Below, one piece after another: positions 40,055-49,718 of a stretch of 64,000 nucleotides of DNA. The notes beneath the pieces are model-generated. The model had not been told where the DNA came from. It saw nothing but the letters and a program-made list of their open reading frames with translations, and ran no database searches. The stretch comes from Spirochaetia bacterium (GTDB taxonomy: Bacteria; Spirochaetota; Spirochaetia; DSM-27196; Salinispiraceae): NCBI GenBank assembly GCA_038204425.1, contig JBBRCZ010000001.1, positions 160,001 through 224,000 on the forward strand, read 5' to 3'. Position numbers and translations under genes: made by a program. The stretch's first letter is position 1. Every line of letters begins with the position of its first letter.

Positions 40055-41479
40055 ATGGAAACAAGAAACATTTATGATAATATCTCCGCTTTAGACCATC
40101 GTTACTCGGTTTCAGACCCAGCACTGTTTAAGCAACTGAGCGCTTATTTTGCAGAATCATCATTTGTCCGATATTGCGTACGAGTAGAACTAGCCTTAGT
40201 ACGTGCGCATTTGCATTTTCAAGGTGATGATCAGAATGCTGATGTTAAACTATTGGATGGTTTAGAAGACAGGATCGATCCGGCTGAAGTATATGAAGAA
40301 GAAAATAAGACACGTCACAATATTCGGGCCTTAGTCAATGTAATTAAGCGGCACGTTCCTGATTCATTAAATTCTTTGGTTCACTTGGGAGCCACCAGTG
40401 TTGACATTCTTGATACCGCCCAGTCCTTACGGATTAGAGATGGCATTCAAAAACTTATAATTCCAAAGATCGAAGAATGCCTTGCTCTGCTCGCTGCTTG
40501 GTCAGAAAAAGAAGCGGAGACTGCGCAGATTGGTAGAACACACGGGCAGTACGCGGTACCCATCACTCTTGGATATGCTTTTGCCGAATATACCAGTCGA
40601 TTGGGCAAGAGTCTATTGGAAATCGTACGACTCAGTGATCAGCTTGCTGGAAAGATCGCGGGTGCAGTAGGTGCCTACAATGCTACCAGTCTTTTGTATG
40701 CGGACCCCGAAGCTTTTGAAATCTATACCTTGGGATTATTAGAACTTCAGGCCTCAGAACACAGCACCCAACTTGTTGAACCTGAGTATCTATTACGTAT
40801 CCTTTTGGAAATAAACATTGCCTTTGGCATTATTGCCAATTTAGCTGATGATCTTCGCCATTTGCAACGCAGTGAAATAGATGAAGTTAGAGAATACTTC
40901 GCACCAGACCAAGTCGGCTCCAGTACTATGCCTCAAAAGAGAAATCCATGGAATGCTGAGCACGTGAAGAGTCTTTGGAAGGCCTTTTCACCACGTGTAG
41001 TGACGTTCTTTATGGATCAGATCTCAGAACATCAACGAGATCTGAGCAACTCGGCATCGGGTCGATTTGTTACAGACTATTTGACTGGTTTTACTTTGGC
41101 TGTCAGTCGCATGAACAACATCCTTCAAGGATTAAGTGTAAGACCGGAAGGACTCGCGGAAAACTTACGCAAGGGTGGTGCAGGTGTATTGGCCGAGGCC
41201 GCTTACATTCTGCTTGGAAAAAAGGGCGAAAAAGACGGGCATGAGATCATTAGACAATTAACTATAAAGGCCGAACGCGAAAAAACAAACTTTATTGACG
41301 TACTCAAAGCTGATGCTGCTTTGTGGCAACGTTTGCAGGACGCTTTAGCAGAAGTCAACGGTCCAAAGGCAGAGCTGTTTTTTGCCAGCCCCGAGTTGTA
41401 TCGTGGAAAATCCGCCGAAAAAGCAAGAGCAATCGCAAAAAAATGGAAGAAGTACCTAGAAACCAAATCCCAACCATGA
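40055..41479 (+). CDS. purB: Adenylosuccinate lyase
   Basis: HLGATSVD, GRTHGQ.A.P, GSSTMPQKRNP and EHQRDL motifs. Confidence 0.95.
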   Translation: METRNIYDNISALDHRYSVSDPALFKQLSAYFAESSFVRYCVRVELALVRAHLHFQGDDQNADVKLLDGLEDRIDPAEVYEEENKTRHNIRALVNVIKRHVPDSLNSLVHLGATSVDILDTAQSLRIRDGIQKLIIPKIEECLALLAAWSEKEAETAQIGRTHGQYAVPITLGYAFAEYTSRLGKSLLEIVRLSDQLAGKIAGAVGAYNATSLLYADPEAFEIYTLGLLELQASEHSTQLVEPEYLLRILLEINIAFGIIANLADDLRHLQRSEIDEVREYFAPDQVGSSTMPQKRNPWNAEHVKSLWKAFSPRVVTFFMDQISEHQRDLSNSASGRFVTDYLTGFTLAVSRMNNILQGLSVRPEGLAENLRKGGAGVLAEAAYILLGKKGEKDGHEIIRQLTIKAEREKTNFIDVLKADAALWQRLQDALAEVNGPKAELFFASPELYRGKSAEKARAIAKKWKKYLETKSQP

Positions 41480-41498
41480 AGAGAAGGAGTTGTCACTT

Positions 41499-42938
41499 AT
41501 GGCGTTTGAAATTCGAGAATCACTGAGTTACGACGATGTACTGTTGCTGCCCGGTTACTCCGATGTCCTACCCGGTGAAGCCAAGATTGGTGTAGACCTC
41601 GTACCCGGCGTCCATCTCAATGTGCCTGTTTTGTCGGCAGCTATGGACACGGTAACAGAGGAACATATGGCTATTGCTATTGCCTTAGAAGGCGGCATGG
41701 GTGTGATTCATCGCAACCTCCCACCTCAAGAGCAAGCAGACCAAGTTGCAAGAGTAAAACGCTACCTCAATTGGATTATCGAGAACCCCATTACGGTTGA
41801 AAGAAGCCAGACCGTGGCAGATGCTTGGGAGATCATGAACAAGCGAGGAATTTCAGGTTTGCCTGTTTTGGAAGAGGGAAGACTTGTAGGAATACTTACA
41901 AGCCGCGACCTCCGATTTTGTCGAGACTACGATCTAAAAATTGGCGACGTAATGACGATCAATCCGATTGTTGAATCAGGCAGCCCGACTTTGGCAAGTG
42001 CACAACAGAAATTTGACAGTCACAAAATTGAGAAACTACCTGTAATTGACTCAAAAGGAATTTTGACTGGCTTGATTACGGTTAAAGACATGGAAAAGCA
42101 CCGTAATCATCCCAAGGCCGCAGTAGATGCAACTGGTAGATTATTGGTAGCTGCTGCCGTTAGTCCGAGCGACTTAAAAAAAAGAATGGAACTCTTGGTC
42201 GCCGCACGGGTTGACATGGTTGTCATGGACACGGCGCATGGTGAGAGTAAGCAAGTACTGGATTCAGTTAAGTTTATTAAGGAACACTATGGTGTTCCAG
42301 TAGTTGCTGGAAACGTGGCAACTGCCGAAGGCGCAGAACGGCTTGCCTTGGCTGGCGCAGATGCAATTAAGGTAGGTGTTGGTCCTGGAAGCATATGTAC
42401 TACTCGAATCGTTGCTGGCGTTGGTGTCCCTCAGTTTAGTGCAGTTCTTTGGGCTGCTGAGGCAGCCAGAGCGTTAGGTAAGACAGTGATAGCGGATGGT
42501 GGCATCAAGTATTCTGGTGACATAGTCAAGGCGATTGCGGCCGGCGCAAGTGCCGTGATGCTGGGAAATCTTTTGGCGGGACTAAAAGAAAGTCCTGGAC
42601 GAGAAATTTTCTATGAAGGTCGAATATTCAAGTCCTATCGAGGCATGGGAAGTTTGGGCGCTATCAAACGAGGCAGTGGCGATCGTTACCAAATGGCAGA
42701 GGGTGAAGAGCCAGTACCAGAAGGTGTGGAAGGAAGAGTGCCCTACAAGGGTGAACTTCAACCTTTCTTGCATCAACTAGTGACTGGTCTAAAAAAAGGT
42801 ATGGGTTATACAGGATCCAAAGATATTGTAAGCTTGCAGAATTATGGACAGTTTGTAAGGATTTCCTCTGCAGGACTTAGAGAGAGTCACGTACATGACG
42901 TATCGATAACCCAGGAAGCCCCAAACTATTCACGATAG
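41499..42938 (+). CDS. guaB: IMP dehydrogenase with CBS pair
   Basis: [27 protein letters not shown] and YRGMGS motifs; ATG 41499 after GAAGGAG. Confidence 0.98.
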   Translation: MAFEIRESLSYDDVLLLPGYSDVLPGEAKIGVDLVPGVHLNVPVLSAAMDTVTEEHMAIAIALEGGMGVIHRNLPPQEQADQVARVKRYLNWIIENPITVERSQTVADAWEIMNKRGISGLPVLEEGRLVGILTSRDLRFCRDYDLKIGDVMTINPIVESGSPTLASAQQKFDSHKIEKLPVIDSKGILTGLITVKDMEKHRNHPKAAVDATGRLLVAAAVSPSDLKKRMELLVAARVDMVVMDTAHGESKQVLDSVKFIKEHYGVPVVAGNVATAEGAERLALAGADAIKVGVGPGSICTTRIVAGVGVPQFSAVLWAAEAARALGKTVIADGGIKYSGDIVKAIAAGASAVMLGNLLAGLKESPGREIFYEGRIFKSYRGMGSLGAIKRGSGDRYQMAEGEEPVPEGVEGRVPYKGELQPFLHQLVTGLKKGMGYTGSKDIVSLQNYGQFVRISSAGLRESHVHDVSITQEAPNYSR

Positions 42939-42986
42939 TAGATAACAAAAAAAGGCCCTCTAACGGCAATACTAAGGATAACAACA

Positions 42987-44222
42987 ATGAATTTGACAGT
43001 AATTGGAGCCCAATGGGGCGATGAAGGAAAAGGAAAAATAGTCGACTTTCTTGCATCAGAGGCAGATGTAATCATTCGTTTCTCTGGTGGCGCAAATGCT
43101 GGGCACACGATCGTAATTGGTGATGTAAAGTATGCTGTTCACCTTATACCTTCGGGAATACTCTACCCGCAAAAGACCGTAATACTCGGTATCGGCATGG
43201 TAATTGACGTTGAGAGTATGTTCAAGGAGCTTTCGGACCTAGAAAAGCAAGGGATAAAGTGGCAAGGCCGAACCTTTGTTTCTGACCGAGCACACATCGT
43301 CTTGCCCGGATATAAAGACTTAGACAAAAAGCAGGATCAAACCCGCAAACGGCCAATAGGAACAACCGGCAGGGGGATTGGTGTCGCCTATTCTCTCAAG
43401 AGTGCTCGGGATGGAATTCGTGTAGCCGACCTTTTTGACGATGATTTGATTGAATCTCTTTCGCCTGAAGACCGGGAATATGTCTTGAAGAATCGAGAAC
43501 AATTGCGTCCGTTAATCATTGATTTGACGACGTGGATGTATGAAAAACAGCCCGCTAGGATTCTTCTAGAAGGAGCTCAGGGGGTACTACTAGACTTGGA
43601 TCTTGGTACTTACCCATTTGTATCTTCAGGAATTTCTGCAGCGGCTGGTGCTGCGCTCGGCGCCGGTATTGGTCCTCGCGATATCGATGGAGTACTAGGT
43701 GTATTTAAGGCATATTCGACCCGAGTTGGTAACGGACCATTTCCTTCTGAATTCTTGGAAGACAGAGATGGAAAACTTGGAGAAGAGATTAGAACGCTAG
43801 GCAAGGAATATGGTGTAACAACCGGTCGTCCACGTCGTTGCGGGTATTTGGATTTGGTGGCCTTGAAATACGCTTGCCTTTCCAATGGGATAGATGGTCT
43901 GGTGCTAACAAAAATTGATATTTATGATGGTTTTGATGAAATTCAAGCCTGTGTTGGCTACGAAGTGGATGGGAAAGTAATTGATACTTTTCCTGCAAGT
44001 ATCAAAGACTTGATGACCGCCAAACCTGTACTCAAGAAGTTTAGAGGTTGGAAGCGACCTCTATCGGCCATCAAGTCCTTTCAAGACCTTCCTCAAGAAG
44101 CTATTAGTTATATTTCATATATTGAAGAATATACGCGCACGCCAGTTACCATTGTATCCGTTGGGAGCGAACGGAATCAGACTATGATTAGACAAGATCC
44201 GTGGAATCAATACGAAAGATAG
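42987..44222 (+). CDS. purA: Adenylosuccinate synthetase
   Basis: QWGDEGKGK, GANAGHT, IGTTGRGIG and GVTTGRPRRCG motifs. Confidence 0.98.
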   Translation: MNLTVIGAQWGDEGKGKIVDFLASEADVIIRFSGGANAGHTIVIGDVKYAVHLIPSGILYPQKTVILGIGMVIDVESMFKELSDLEKQGIKWQGRTFVSDRAHIVLPGYKDLDKKQDQTRKRPIGTTGRGIGVAYSLKSARDGIRVADLFDDDLIESLSPEDREYVLKNREQLRPLIIDLTTWMYEKQPARILLEGAQGVLLDLDLGTYPFVSSGISAAAGAALGAGIGPRDIDGVLGVFKAYSTRVGNGPFPSEFLEDRDGKLGEEIRTLGKEYGVTTGRPRRCGYLDLVALKYACLSNGIDGLVLTKIDIYDGFDEIQACVGYEVDGKVIDTFPASIKDLMTAKPVLKKFRGWKRPLSAIKSFQDLPQEAISYISYIEEYTRTPVTIVSVGSERNQTMIRQDPWNQYER

Positions 44223-44269
44223 GTCTTGTGGGTGACGGCTTTTAAAACTGAACAGATGTAAAAGGAAAT

Positions 44270-45898
44270 ATGATGGACACGCTTTTGATTTTTGATTTTG
44301 GCAGCCAGACGAGCCAGCTGATTGCTCGGCGGCTTAGAGACCAGGGCTACTTTGCCAGGATCGTTGCCGGTGATTGTACTTGTCAGGAAGCGGGTATAGA
44401 TGGCTCCATCAAAGGAATAATCCTATCTGGTTCTCCTTTTTCGGTTTACGAAAAAGATGCTCCAAAATTGGATCAAGACGTCTTTAAACAAGGGATACCG
44501 ATCCTTGGTATCTGTTATGGCCTTCAGCGCATCACTCAAGACTTAGGTGGGAGCGTCGAACCTCGCCATACACGCGAGTATGGGCGCGCCTCCCTTCAAA
44601 AAAAAAATGAACACTTGTTGCTCAAGGACATTCGAGATGGCTTTCAGTCGTGGATGAGCCATGGTGATAGCATTCAGAAATTGCCACATGGCTTTGAAGT
44701 GGCATGGGAAAGCGAACACGGAATTCCTGCCATGGCTTTTCTTGACACTAAAACAATTGCTGGTCAGGAAACAGCAAAAAAGTTTGGAATTTCGGCGCCA
44801 CTAATGGGAATTCAGTTTCATCCAGAAGTTAGCCATTGCGAGTCGGGTCAATCTATCTTGCATAACTTTGCTGAGCAGATTTGCTCAATGAAACGAGAAT
44901 GGGATGTTTCCTACTATCTAGAAGAAGCCAAACAAGTCATTGCTGAGACCATTTTGGCGCGGTCAGAACTACAAGGCACCGGTGCAGAGGTGCTGCTGCT
45001 TATCTCGGGCGGTGTGGATTCGACAGTACTTGGGGCGCTGCTTTTGAAAACGATGGATCCAGACAAACTTCATTTGCTTTACGTCGACACCGGCATGATG
45101 CGCAATGCAGAAACTGATGAAGTCAAAGAGACCCTAAAAAGTTTAGGCGCCAAGCACGTGCATATTGTTCATGCCGAAAATGACTTCTTGGGTCAATTGG
45201 CAGGAAAGTCTGATCCGGAGGAAAAAAGGCAGATCATCGGAGACCTGTTTATCACTATCCAAAACAGAGAAATCGTTAGACTCGGCTTAGGTTCGGCTTA
45301 TTTACTGGCACAAGGTACTCTATATACCGACTTAATCGAGAGCGGAAAGGGCGTTGGAAAACATGCTGCCGTTATAAAAAGTCACCATAATGTTCGTTCG
45401 CCACTCGTTGAATCACTTCGTAACGAAGGGCGTATTATCGAACCCCTAGCCAAACTCTACAAGGACGAGGTTAGGGCACTTGGTAAAGCTCTGGGCCTGT
45501 CCCCAAAAATCGTTTGGCGTCATCCATTTCCCGGTCCCGGACTTGCAGTAAGAATTCTAGGCGAAGTCGATCGCGAGAAGTGCGCTATCTTGCGAGCAGC
45601 AGACAAAATTTTTATAGACGAATTGCACAAACGTGAACTTTACCATTCGATTTGGCAAGCATTTTGTGTCTTGCTTCCAGTGCGTTCTGTAGGAGTTGCG
45701 GGCGACATGAGGGGCTACGGCTACGTGCTTGCTTTACGAGCTATTGTCAGTTCTGATGGGATGACGGCCGACGTCTATCCTTTTGAAATGAAAGACATTC
45801 TCGAAATTTCGGGTCTGATTACCAATCAAATCAAAGCAATTGGAAGAGTGGTCTATGACATCTCTTCCAAGCCACCTGCAACCATCGAGTGGGAGTAA
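44270..45898 (+). CDS. guaA: GMP synthase (glutamine-hydrolysing)
   Basis: DFGSQ, LGICYG, QFHPEV, SGGVDS, IKSHHNV and KPPATIEWE motifs. Confidence 0.98.
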   Translation: MMDTLLIFDFGSQTSQLIARRLRDQGYFARIVAGDCTCQEAGIDGSIKGIILSGSPFSVYEKDAPKLDQDVFKQGIPILGICYGLQRITQDLGGSVEPRHTREYGRASLQKKNEHLLLKDIRDGFQSWMSHGDSIQKLPHGFEVAWESEHGIPAMAFLDTKTIAGQETAKKFGISAPLMGIQFHPEVSHCESGQSILHNFAEQICSMKREWDVSYYLEEAKQVIAETILARSELQGTGAEVLLLISGGVDSTVLGALLLKTMDPDKLHLLYVDTGMMRNAETDEVKETLKSLGAKHVHIVHAENDFLGQLAGKSDPEEKRQIIGDLFITIQNREIVRLGLGSAYLLAQGTLYTDLIESGKGVGKHAAVIKSHHNVRSPLVESLRNEGRIIEPLAKLYKDEVRALGKALGLSPKIVWRHPFPGPGLAVRILGEVDREKCAILRAADKIFIDELHKRELYHSIWQAFCVLLPVRSVGVAGDMRGYGYVLALRAIVSSDGMTADVYPFEMKDILEISGLITNQIKAIGRVVYDISSKPPATIEWE

Positions 45899-46855
45899 CT
45901 AACCAACTCTTTTGAGCGAACTGGATTCCCATGGTGCAAGCAAGGGTAGCGCATGAAAAAATTCATCAAGCAGTTTGCTTTCGTAGATTCCTTGGTAGCT
46001 ACCCTCGATAACTTTTTGCCAAGCTTCGTTGTTGAGACGTTCCCAACACTCAGTTTCTCGCTTTGGTATTATTGGAAAAAAAGGAACGCCGGCTGATCTC
46101 GCTGCTTCGAAATCTGAAGGTGAATCCCCTAAAAACAGTACAAGGTCAGATTTGGCTAGTTCTTGTTTAAGTATAAGTTCTTTTTTGCCAGCTTCTTGTC
46201 CGTATATATTGCTCACTTTGTCGGCAAGTCCAGCTTCGTTCCATTGGCGATTTAGTAAAAAGAGCGGACTCTGAGATATTACCACCATTTTTAAAGACAA
46301 GTCCTGACTAGTTTGGGTAATGTTTCTTATAAATGGTGCGGCTGATGCAAAAGTATCGGCGCTGCTCAGCCAAAGTTTGGCATATTCGTTGACCTGCTTT
46401 GACCAAGTCAGACACAATTCCAGTTCCTCGATGTTTTCTCTTGTAGTAGCCTCAGCACCGGCACCGGCATTGTTAAAAAACCGCTCTCTCAAATATTTTA
46501 CTTCCGCTTCCAAGGATTCGTTTGACATTGGGTTTCCAGAATTGATCCAGCGTTTTAGGGCGGAAAGCTCAGGAAGAATAGCCGACATTACGCTGGGGAA
46601 TTTTTTTAACACAGGGTGGCGTCTCAACTCTTCAAAACTGCGATAAAGGCCTTCAAATCGGTTTAGGCCCCTATCTCTTGAGTATAGGTTGACGAAGCAC
46701 CAAATTTCTTCTACGAGGCTAGAAATATGGTCAAGGTTAAATACCTCGATTAGTGCCGGGACAAAGGCTCTACGGTGTTTGACCTCCATTGTATCAAAAA
46801 CACAGCCATCAGAATCCATGGCGAGACAGATCCTTCTTTTCTCCAGTTTAGGCAT
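45899..46855 (-). CDS. HAD-superfamily hydrolase
   Basis: Motif I DSDGCVFDT and motif IV LGDSPSD. Confidence 0.85.
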   Translation of the reverse strand: MPKLEKRRICLAMDSDGCVFDTMEVKHRRAFVPALIEVFNLDHISSLVEEIWCFVNLYSRDRGLNRFEGLYRSFEELRRHPVLKKFPSVMSAILPELSALKRWINSGNPMSNESLEAEVKYLRERFFNNAGAGAEATTRENIEELELCLTWSKQVNEYAKLWLSSADTFASAAPFIRNITQTSQDLSLKMVVISQSPLFLLNRQWNEAGLADKVSNIYGQEAGKKELILKQELAKSDLVLFLGDSPSDFEAARSAGVPFFPIIPKRETECWERLNNEAWQKVIEGSYQGIYESKLLDEFFHALPLLAPWESSSLKRVG

Positions 46856-46891
46856 TGCGACTTCTCCCTTTGTAATTTATCGTCTCAATGC

Positions 46892-46920
46892 TTGCCTATC
46901 ATTACCTACTGACATAAACT
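46892..46920 (+). promoter_or_regulatory. Sigma70-type promoter of folB (leaderless candidate)
   Basis: TTGCCT-17 bp-TAAACT, ending 6 nt before ATG 46927; no SD. Confidence 0.6.
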
Positions 46921-46926
46921 ATTTGC

Positions 46927-47307
46927 ATGATCCAAGAAATGACTATTGGTTTTAAAAAACTAGCATTGCAAGCTCGAATTGGTGTAAACGATCAAGAAAA
47001 GTTGGCAACACAAACCCTTTTTGTAAGTGTAAAGCTCAACTACCCGCCGGTGAACGTGGCTTGGTTTAATCATCATGATGCGATGGAAAAAGCCTTTGAC
47101 TACAGTGAACTTGCTTCTAAGCTCAAAGTTCTTTTTTTGGAAAGCCATCACGACGTTTTGGAACACCTGCTTCATAAGTCACTTGCACTTATATTGAAAC
47201 TTTTTCCAGATAGTACCAAGATTCACTTGAGTATTTCCAAGCCAAAAGCAATTTCTGATGCCGAGGCGGCTTTCTCCAGTCTAAAGTGGTCACGAGACAG
47301 CTTGTAA
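46927..47307 (+). CDS. folB: Dihydroneopterin aldolase
   Basis: IGV..QEK..Q, FDYS, LE and ISKP motifs of the T-fold DHNA family. Confidence 0.8.
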   Translation: MIQEMTIGFKKLALQARIGVNDQEKLATQTLFVSVKLNYPPVNVAWFNHHDAMEKAFDYSELASKLKVLFLESHHDVLEHLLHKSLALILKLFPDSTKIHLSISKPKAISDAEAAFSSLKWSRDSL

Positions 47308-47363
47308 GTCATATCACAAAACGAGTATAGTAAGCTTTCGAAAATATAAATGAGGAGTGACTT

Positions 47364-47534
47364 ATGGCATATTCTGTAAACAGCAATTGTATAAATTGCG
47401 GCGTATGTGAACCTGAATGTCCTGTAGAAGCAATTAGTGAAAAGAACGATCTGAGAGTAATTGATGCAGAAGCCTGTACAAGTTGCGGAGCCTGCTCCGA
47501 GGTTTGCCCTGCTGATGCAATTGACGCTGGTTGA
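47364..47534 (+). CDS. 2[4Fe-4S] clostridial-type ferredoxin, 56 aa (absent from the ORF track)
   Basis: MAYSVNSNCINCGVCEPECPVEAISEKNDLRVIDAEACTSCGACSEVCPADAIDAG contains two CxxCxxCxxxCP motifs; GAGGAG RBS. Confidence 0.95.
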   Translation: MAYSVNSNCINCGVCEPECPVEAISEKNDLRVIDAEACTSCGACSEVCPADAIDAG

Positions 47535-47546
47535 TAGATGACGGTT

Positions 47547-47580
47547 GCGGTCATTGTTTGAGTGCGTGACCGCTTTGCTT
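47547..47580 (+). terminator. Possible terminator after the ferredoxin
   Basis: GCGGTCA...TGACCGC stem followed by TTTGCTT. Confidence 0.45.
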
Positions 47581-47607
47581 GCAATTAAGCCAGCATTTTG
47601 ATATAAG
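47579..47607 (+). promoter_or_regulatory. Sigma70-type promoter upstream of the 57-aa ORF
   Basis: TTGCAA-17 bp-(TGn)TATAAG. Confidence 0.55.
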
Positions 47608-47674
47608 TTTTGAACTATTTTTTTGACTGTATCGAAAATAGATTTGTTGGATAGATTATACTGAGGAGTTACAG

Positions 47675-47848
47675 ATGGCTGGACAAAATATTTCTAAGAA
47701 TGCACGTCGCGGTGAATCGCAAGACCTTATGAGCCGATGGGGTGGCAAGATTCTTATGAAGTCCATTTTTGAGAATGGTAAGATTAGACACTATGCTGTC
47801 TGCGAAAAGAGCGGCAACCAAGCACGTAAACCGCGTGATTTAATGTAA
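47675..47848 (+). CDS. Small basic 57-aa protein, probable spirochaete-specific ribosomal protein bL38 (absent from the ORF track)
   Basis: GAGGAG RBS; MAGQNISKNARRGESQDLMSRWGGKILMKSIFENGKIRHYAVCEKSGNQARKPRDLM; resemblance to Borrelia bL38 is from memory. Confidence 0.65.
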   Translation: MAGQNISKNARRGESQDLMSRWGGKILMKSIFENGKIRHYAVCEKSGNQARKPRDLM

Positions 47849-47868
47849 TTCTATCCGCGCTATAAGCA

Positions 47869-48399
47869 ATGATTTTATCCGGTAAAGAAATTAGAAAAAG
47901 GCTCAATAAAGACATAGTAATTGAGCCTTTTGTTGCCGATCAACTAAATCCCAATTCTTATAACTTAAGACTTCACCATGAGTTGCTTGTCTATGATGAA
48001 GCTGTTTTGGACATGAAAAAGCCAAATCAGTTTCATACAATAAGCATTCCAGCTGAAGGCGTATTGATAGAGCCTGGTAGGCTTTATCTCGGGCGCACTT
48101 TGGAATATACCGCCACTGATAACCTTGTGCCGATGCTCGAAGGAAGATCAAGTGTCGGTAGGTTGGGTTTATTTGTGCACATTACGGCCGGTTTTGGTGA
48201 TGTTGGATTTAAGGGGTTTTGGACTCTTGAAATAATGTGTGCCCAAGCAATTAAGATCTATGCGGGTGTTGAGATCTGTCAAATATTTTACCACACTATA
48301 GAAGGCGAATACGACAGCTACGAAAAAGGTAAGTATCAAAACAACACCGGAATACAGCCTTCCTTTCTTTTTAAAGACTTTTCAAAAAAACAAAATTAG
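47869..48399 (+). CDS. dcd: dCTP deaminase
   Basis: MILS, NPNSYNLRL, EGRSSVGRLG, TAGFGDVGF.G..TLEI and GKYQN motifs. Confidence 0.93.
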   Translation: MILSGKEIRKRLNKDIVIEPFVADQLNPNSYNLRLHHELLVYDEAVLDMKKPNQFHTISIPAEGVLIEPGRLYLGRTLEYTATDNLVPMLEGRSSVGRLGLFVHITAGFGDVGFKGFWTLEIMCAQAIKIYAGVEICQIFYHTIEGEYDSYEKGKYQNNTGIQPSFLFKDFSKKQN

Positions 48400-48405
48400 T
48401 GCTTC

Positions 48406-48434
48406 TTGCAGACCATTGGGTGATGTACTACGAT
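48406..48434 (+). promoter_or_regulatory. Sigma70-type promoter of the DHH phosphodiesterase gene
   Basis: TTGCAG-17 bp-TACGAT; GGGAG RBS before ATG 48454. Confidence 0.55.
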
Positions 48435-48453
48435 TCAGGTAGGGAGATCGAGC

Positions 48454-49377
48454 ATGGCTAGTGGATTGTACAGACTAATTACGCGCAGCGACTTTGATGG
48501 ACTTGTCTGTGCGGTTTTGTTAAAAGACCGACAACTAATTAACGAGATAAAATTTGTTCATCCAAAAGACATGCAAGACAATCTGATACCAGTCACTGAC
48601 AAAGACATTACTACTAATTTGCCTTATGTGCCTGGGGTATATTTGGCATTTGACCACCATTTTTCTGAGACGATACGAAACAAGCCCGCTTTAAATCACA
48701 TAATCGAGGCCAGTGCTCCTTCTGCGGCGCGAGTTGTCTACAACTATTACGGTGGGCCAGACGTTTTTAAGACCATATCGGAAGACATGATGCATGCAGT
48801 CGACAAAGCTGACAGTGCTCAGTTTAATCTCGAAGAAGTCTTGAATCCAGAAAGGTGGGTTCTGTTAAATTTCATAATGGATGCCAGAACCGGTTTAGGT
48901 AGATTTAAGAATTTTCGAATTTCAAACTATCAGTTGATGATGGACCTGATTGACTACTGCAAAGACCACGGCATAGACGATATTCTCAACTTAAAAGATG
49001 TAGGAGAGAGGATAGAGTTGTATTTTTCTCACCAGAATTTATTTAGAGAACAAATTCGGCGCTGCGCTAAACTAGAGGGAAACGTACTTGTGCTCGACCT
49101 TATTGATGAGGAAATCATATATGCTGGAAATCGATTCGTAAAATACGCGCTCTTTCCCGAAGCAAATGTATCGGTAACCAAGATTTGGGGCTATCAACAC
49201 CAAAATACCGTGTTTACTGTTGGAAGATCCATATTTAATCGAAGCTCGCAGAAGAACATTGGTGAGCTAATGCTTAAATTCGGTGGTGGTGGTCATGCTG
49301 CAGCAGGAACATGTCAAATAGAGGGGCGACCGGAAGATGCTTTTGTGGATATAGTCGCCCAACTCAAAGACCAGTGA
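48454..49377 (+). CDS. DHH/DHHA1 phosphoesterase (nanoRNase-like; resembles Vibrio PggH)
   Basis: RSDFDG, FDHH, SAARV and GGGGHAAAG motifs. Confidence 0.85.
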   Translation: MASGLYRLITRSDFDGLVCAVLLKDRQLINEIKFVHPKDMQDNLIPVTDKDITTNLPYVPGVYLAFDHHFSETIRNKPALNHIIEASAPSAARVVYNYYGGPDVFKTISEDMMHAVDKADSAQFNLEEVLNPERWVLLNFIMDARTGLGRFKNFRISNYQLMMDLIDYCKDHGIDDILNLKDVGERIELYFSHQNLFREQIRRCAKLEGNVLVLDLIDEEIIYAGNRFVKYALFPEANVSVTKIWGYQHQNTVFTVGRSIFNRSSQKNIGELMLKFGGGGHAAAGTCQIEGRPEDAFVDIVAQLKDQ

Positions 49378-49436
49378 GCGAGTAATATAGACGATCAGAT
49401 AGGTGTCTGTACTTACTAGTAGCGATGTGATAGTAT

Positions 49437-49509
49437 GGGGAATTAGCTCAGTTGGTAGAGTGGCTGGTTCGCAATCAGCAGGTCAGGGGTTCGATTCCCC
49501 TATTTTCCA
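49437..49509 (+). tRNA. tRNA-Ala(CGC); CCA end not encoded
   Basis: Acceptor GGGGAAT/ATTTTCC with G3:U70; D-arm GCTC/GAGT; anticodon loop TT-CGC-AA; T-arm AGGGG-TTCGATT-CCCCT. Confidence 0.95.
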
Positions 49510-49525
49510 AATAAAGAGGTTCACC

Positions 49526-49717
49526 TTGATTATTCCGCTTGATTTACTAGAAAGTGAAGAAAACTACATCTACGAGATTACTTGTGCTGCTATTCGTCGT
49601 GCTTACCAAATTACGGTTACCGGTGATGAAGAAATTGAAAAGAACGAAGGCAAAGTGGTGTCTACTGCTATAAAACAAATTCTAAGCCGCAAAGTGAAGT
49701 ATAGAATTCCTGAATAA
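49526..49717 (+). CDS. rpoZ: Probable RNA polymerase omega subunit, spirochaete type (63 aa)
   Basis: TTG start after GAGGT; YEITCAAIRRAYQI...KVVSTAIKQI resembles the omega core; located before miaA as recalled for Borrelia. Confidence 0.65.
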   Translation: MIIPLDLLESEENYIYEITCAAIRRAYQITVTGDEEIEKNEGKVVSTAIKQILSRKVKYRIPE

Positions 49718-49718
49718 T

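Noticed and set aside
39957..40124. N-terminal extension of the 557-aa minus-strand ORF
   Set aside because: Overlaps purB and its promoter; the lipoprotein signal begins at GTG 39956
47309..47584. 91-aa minus-strand ORF
   Set aside because: Antisense shadow of the ferredoxin gene
49403..49525. N-terminal part of the 104-aa ORF
   Set aside because: It runs through tRNA-Ala; the real start is likely TTG 49526 with a GAGGT RBS
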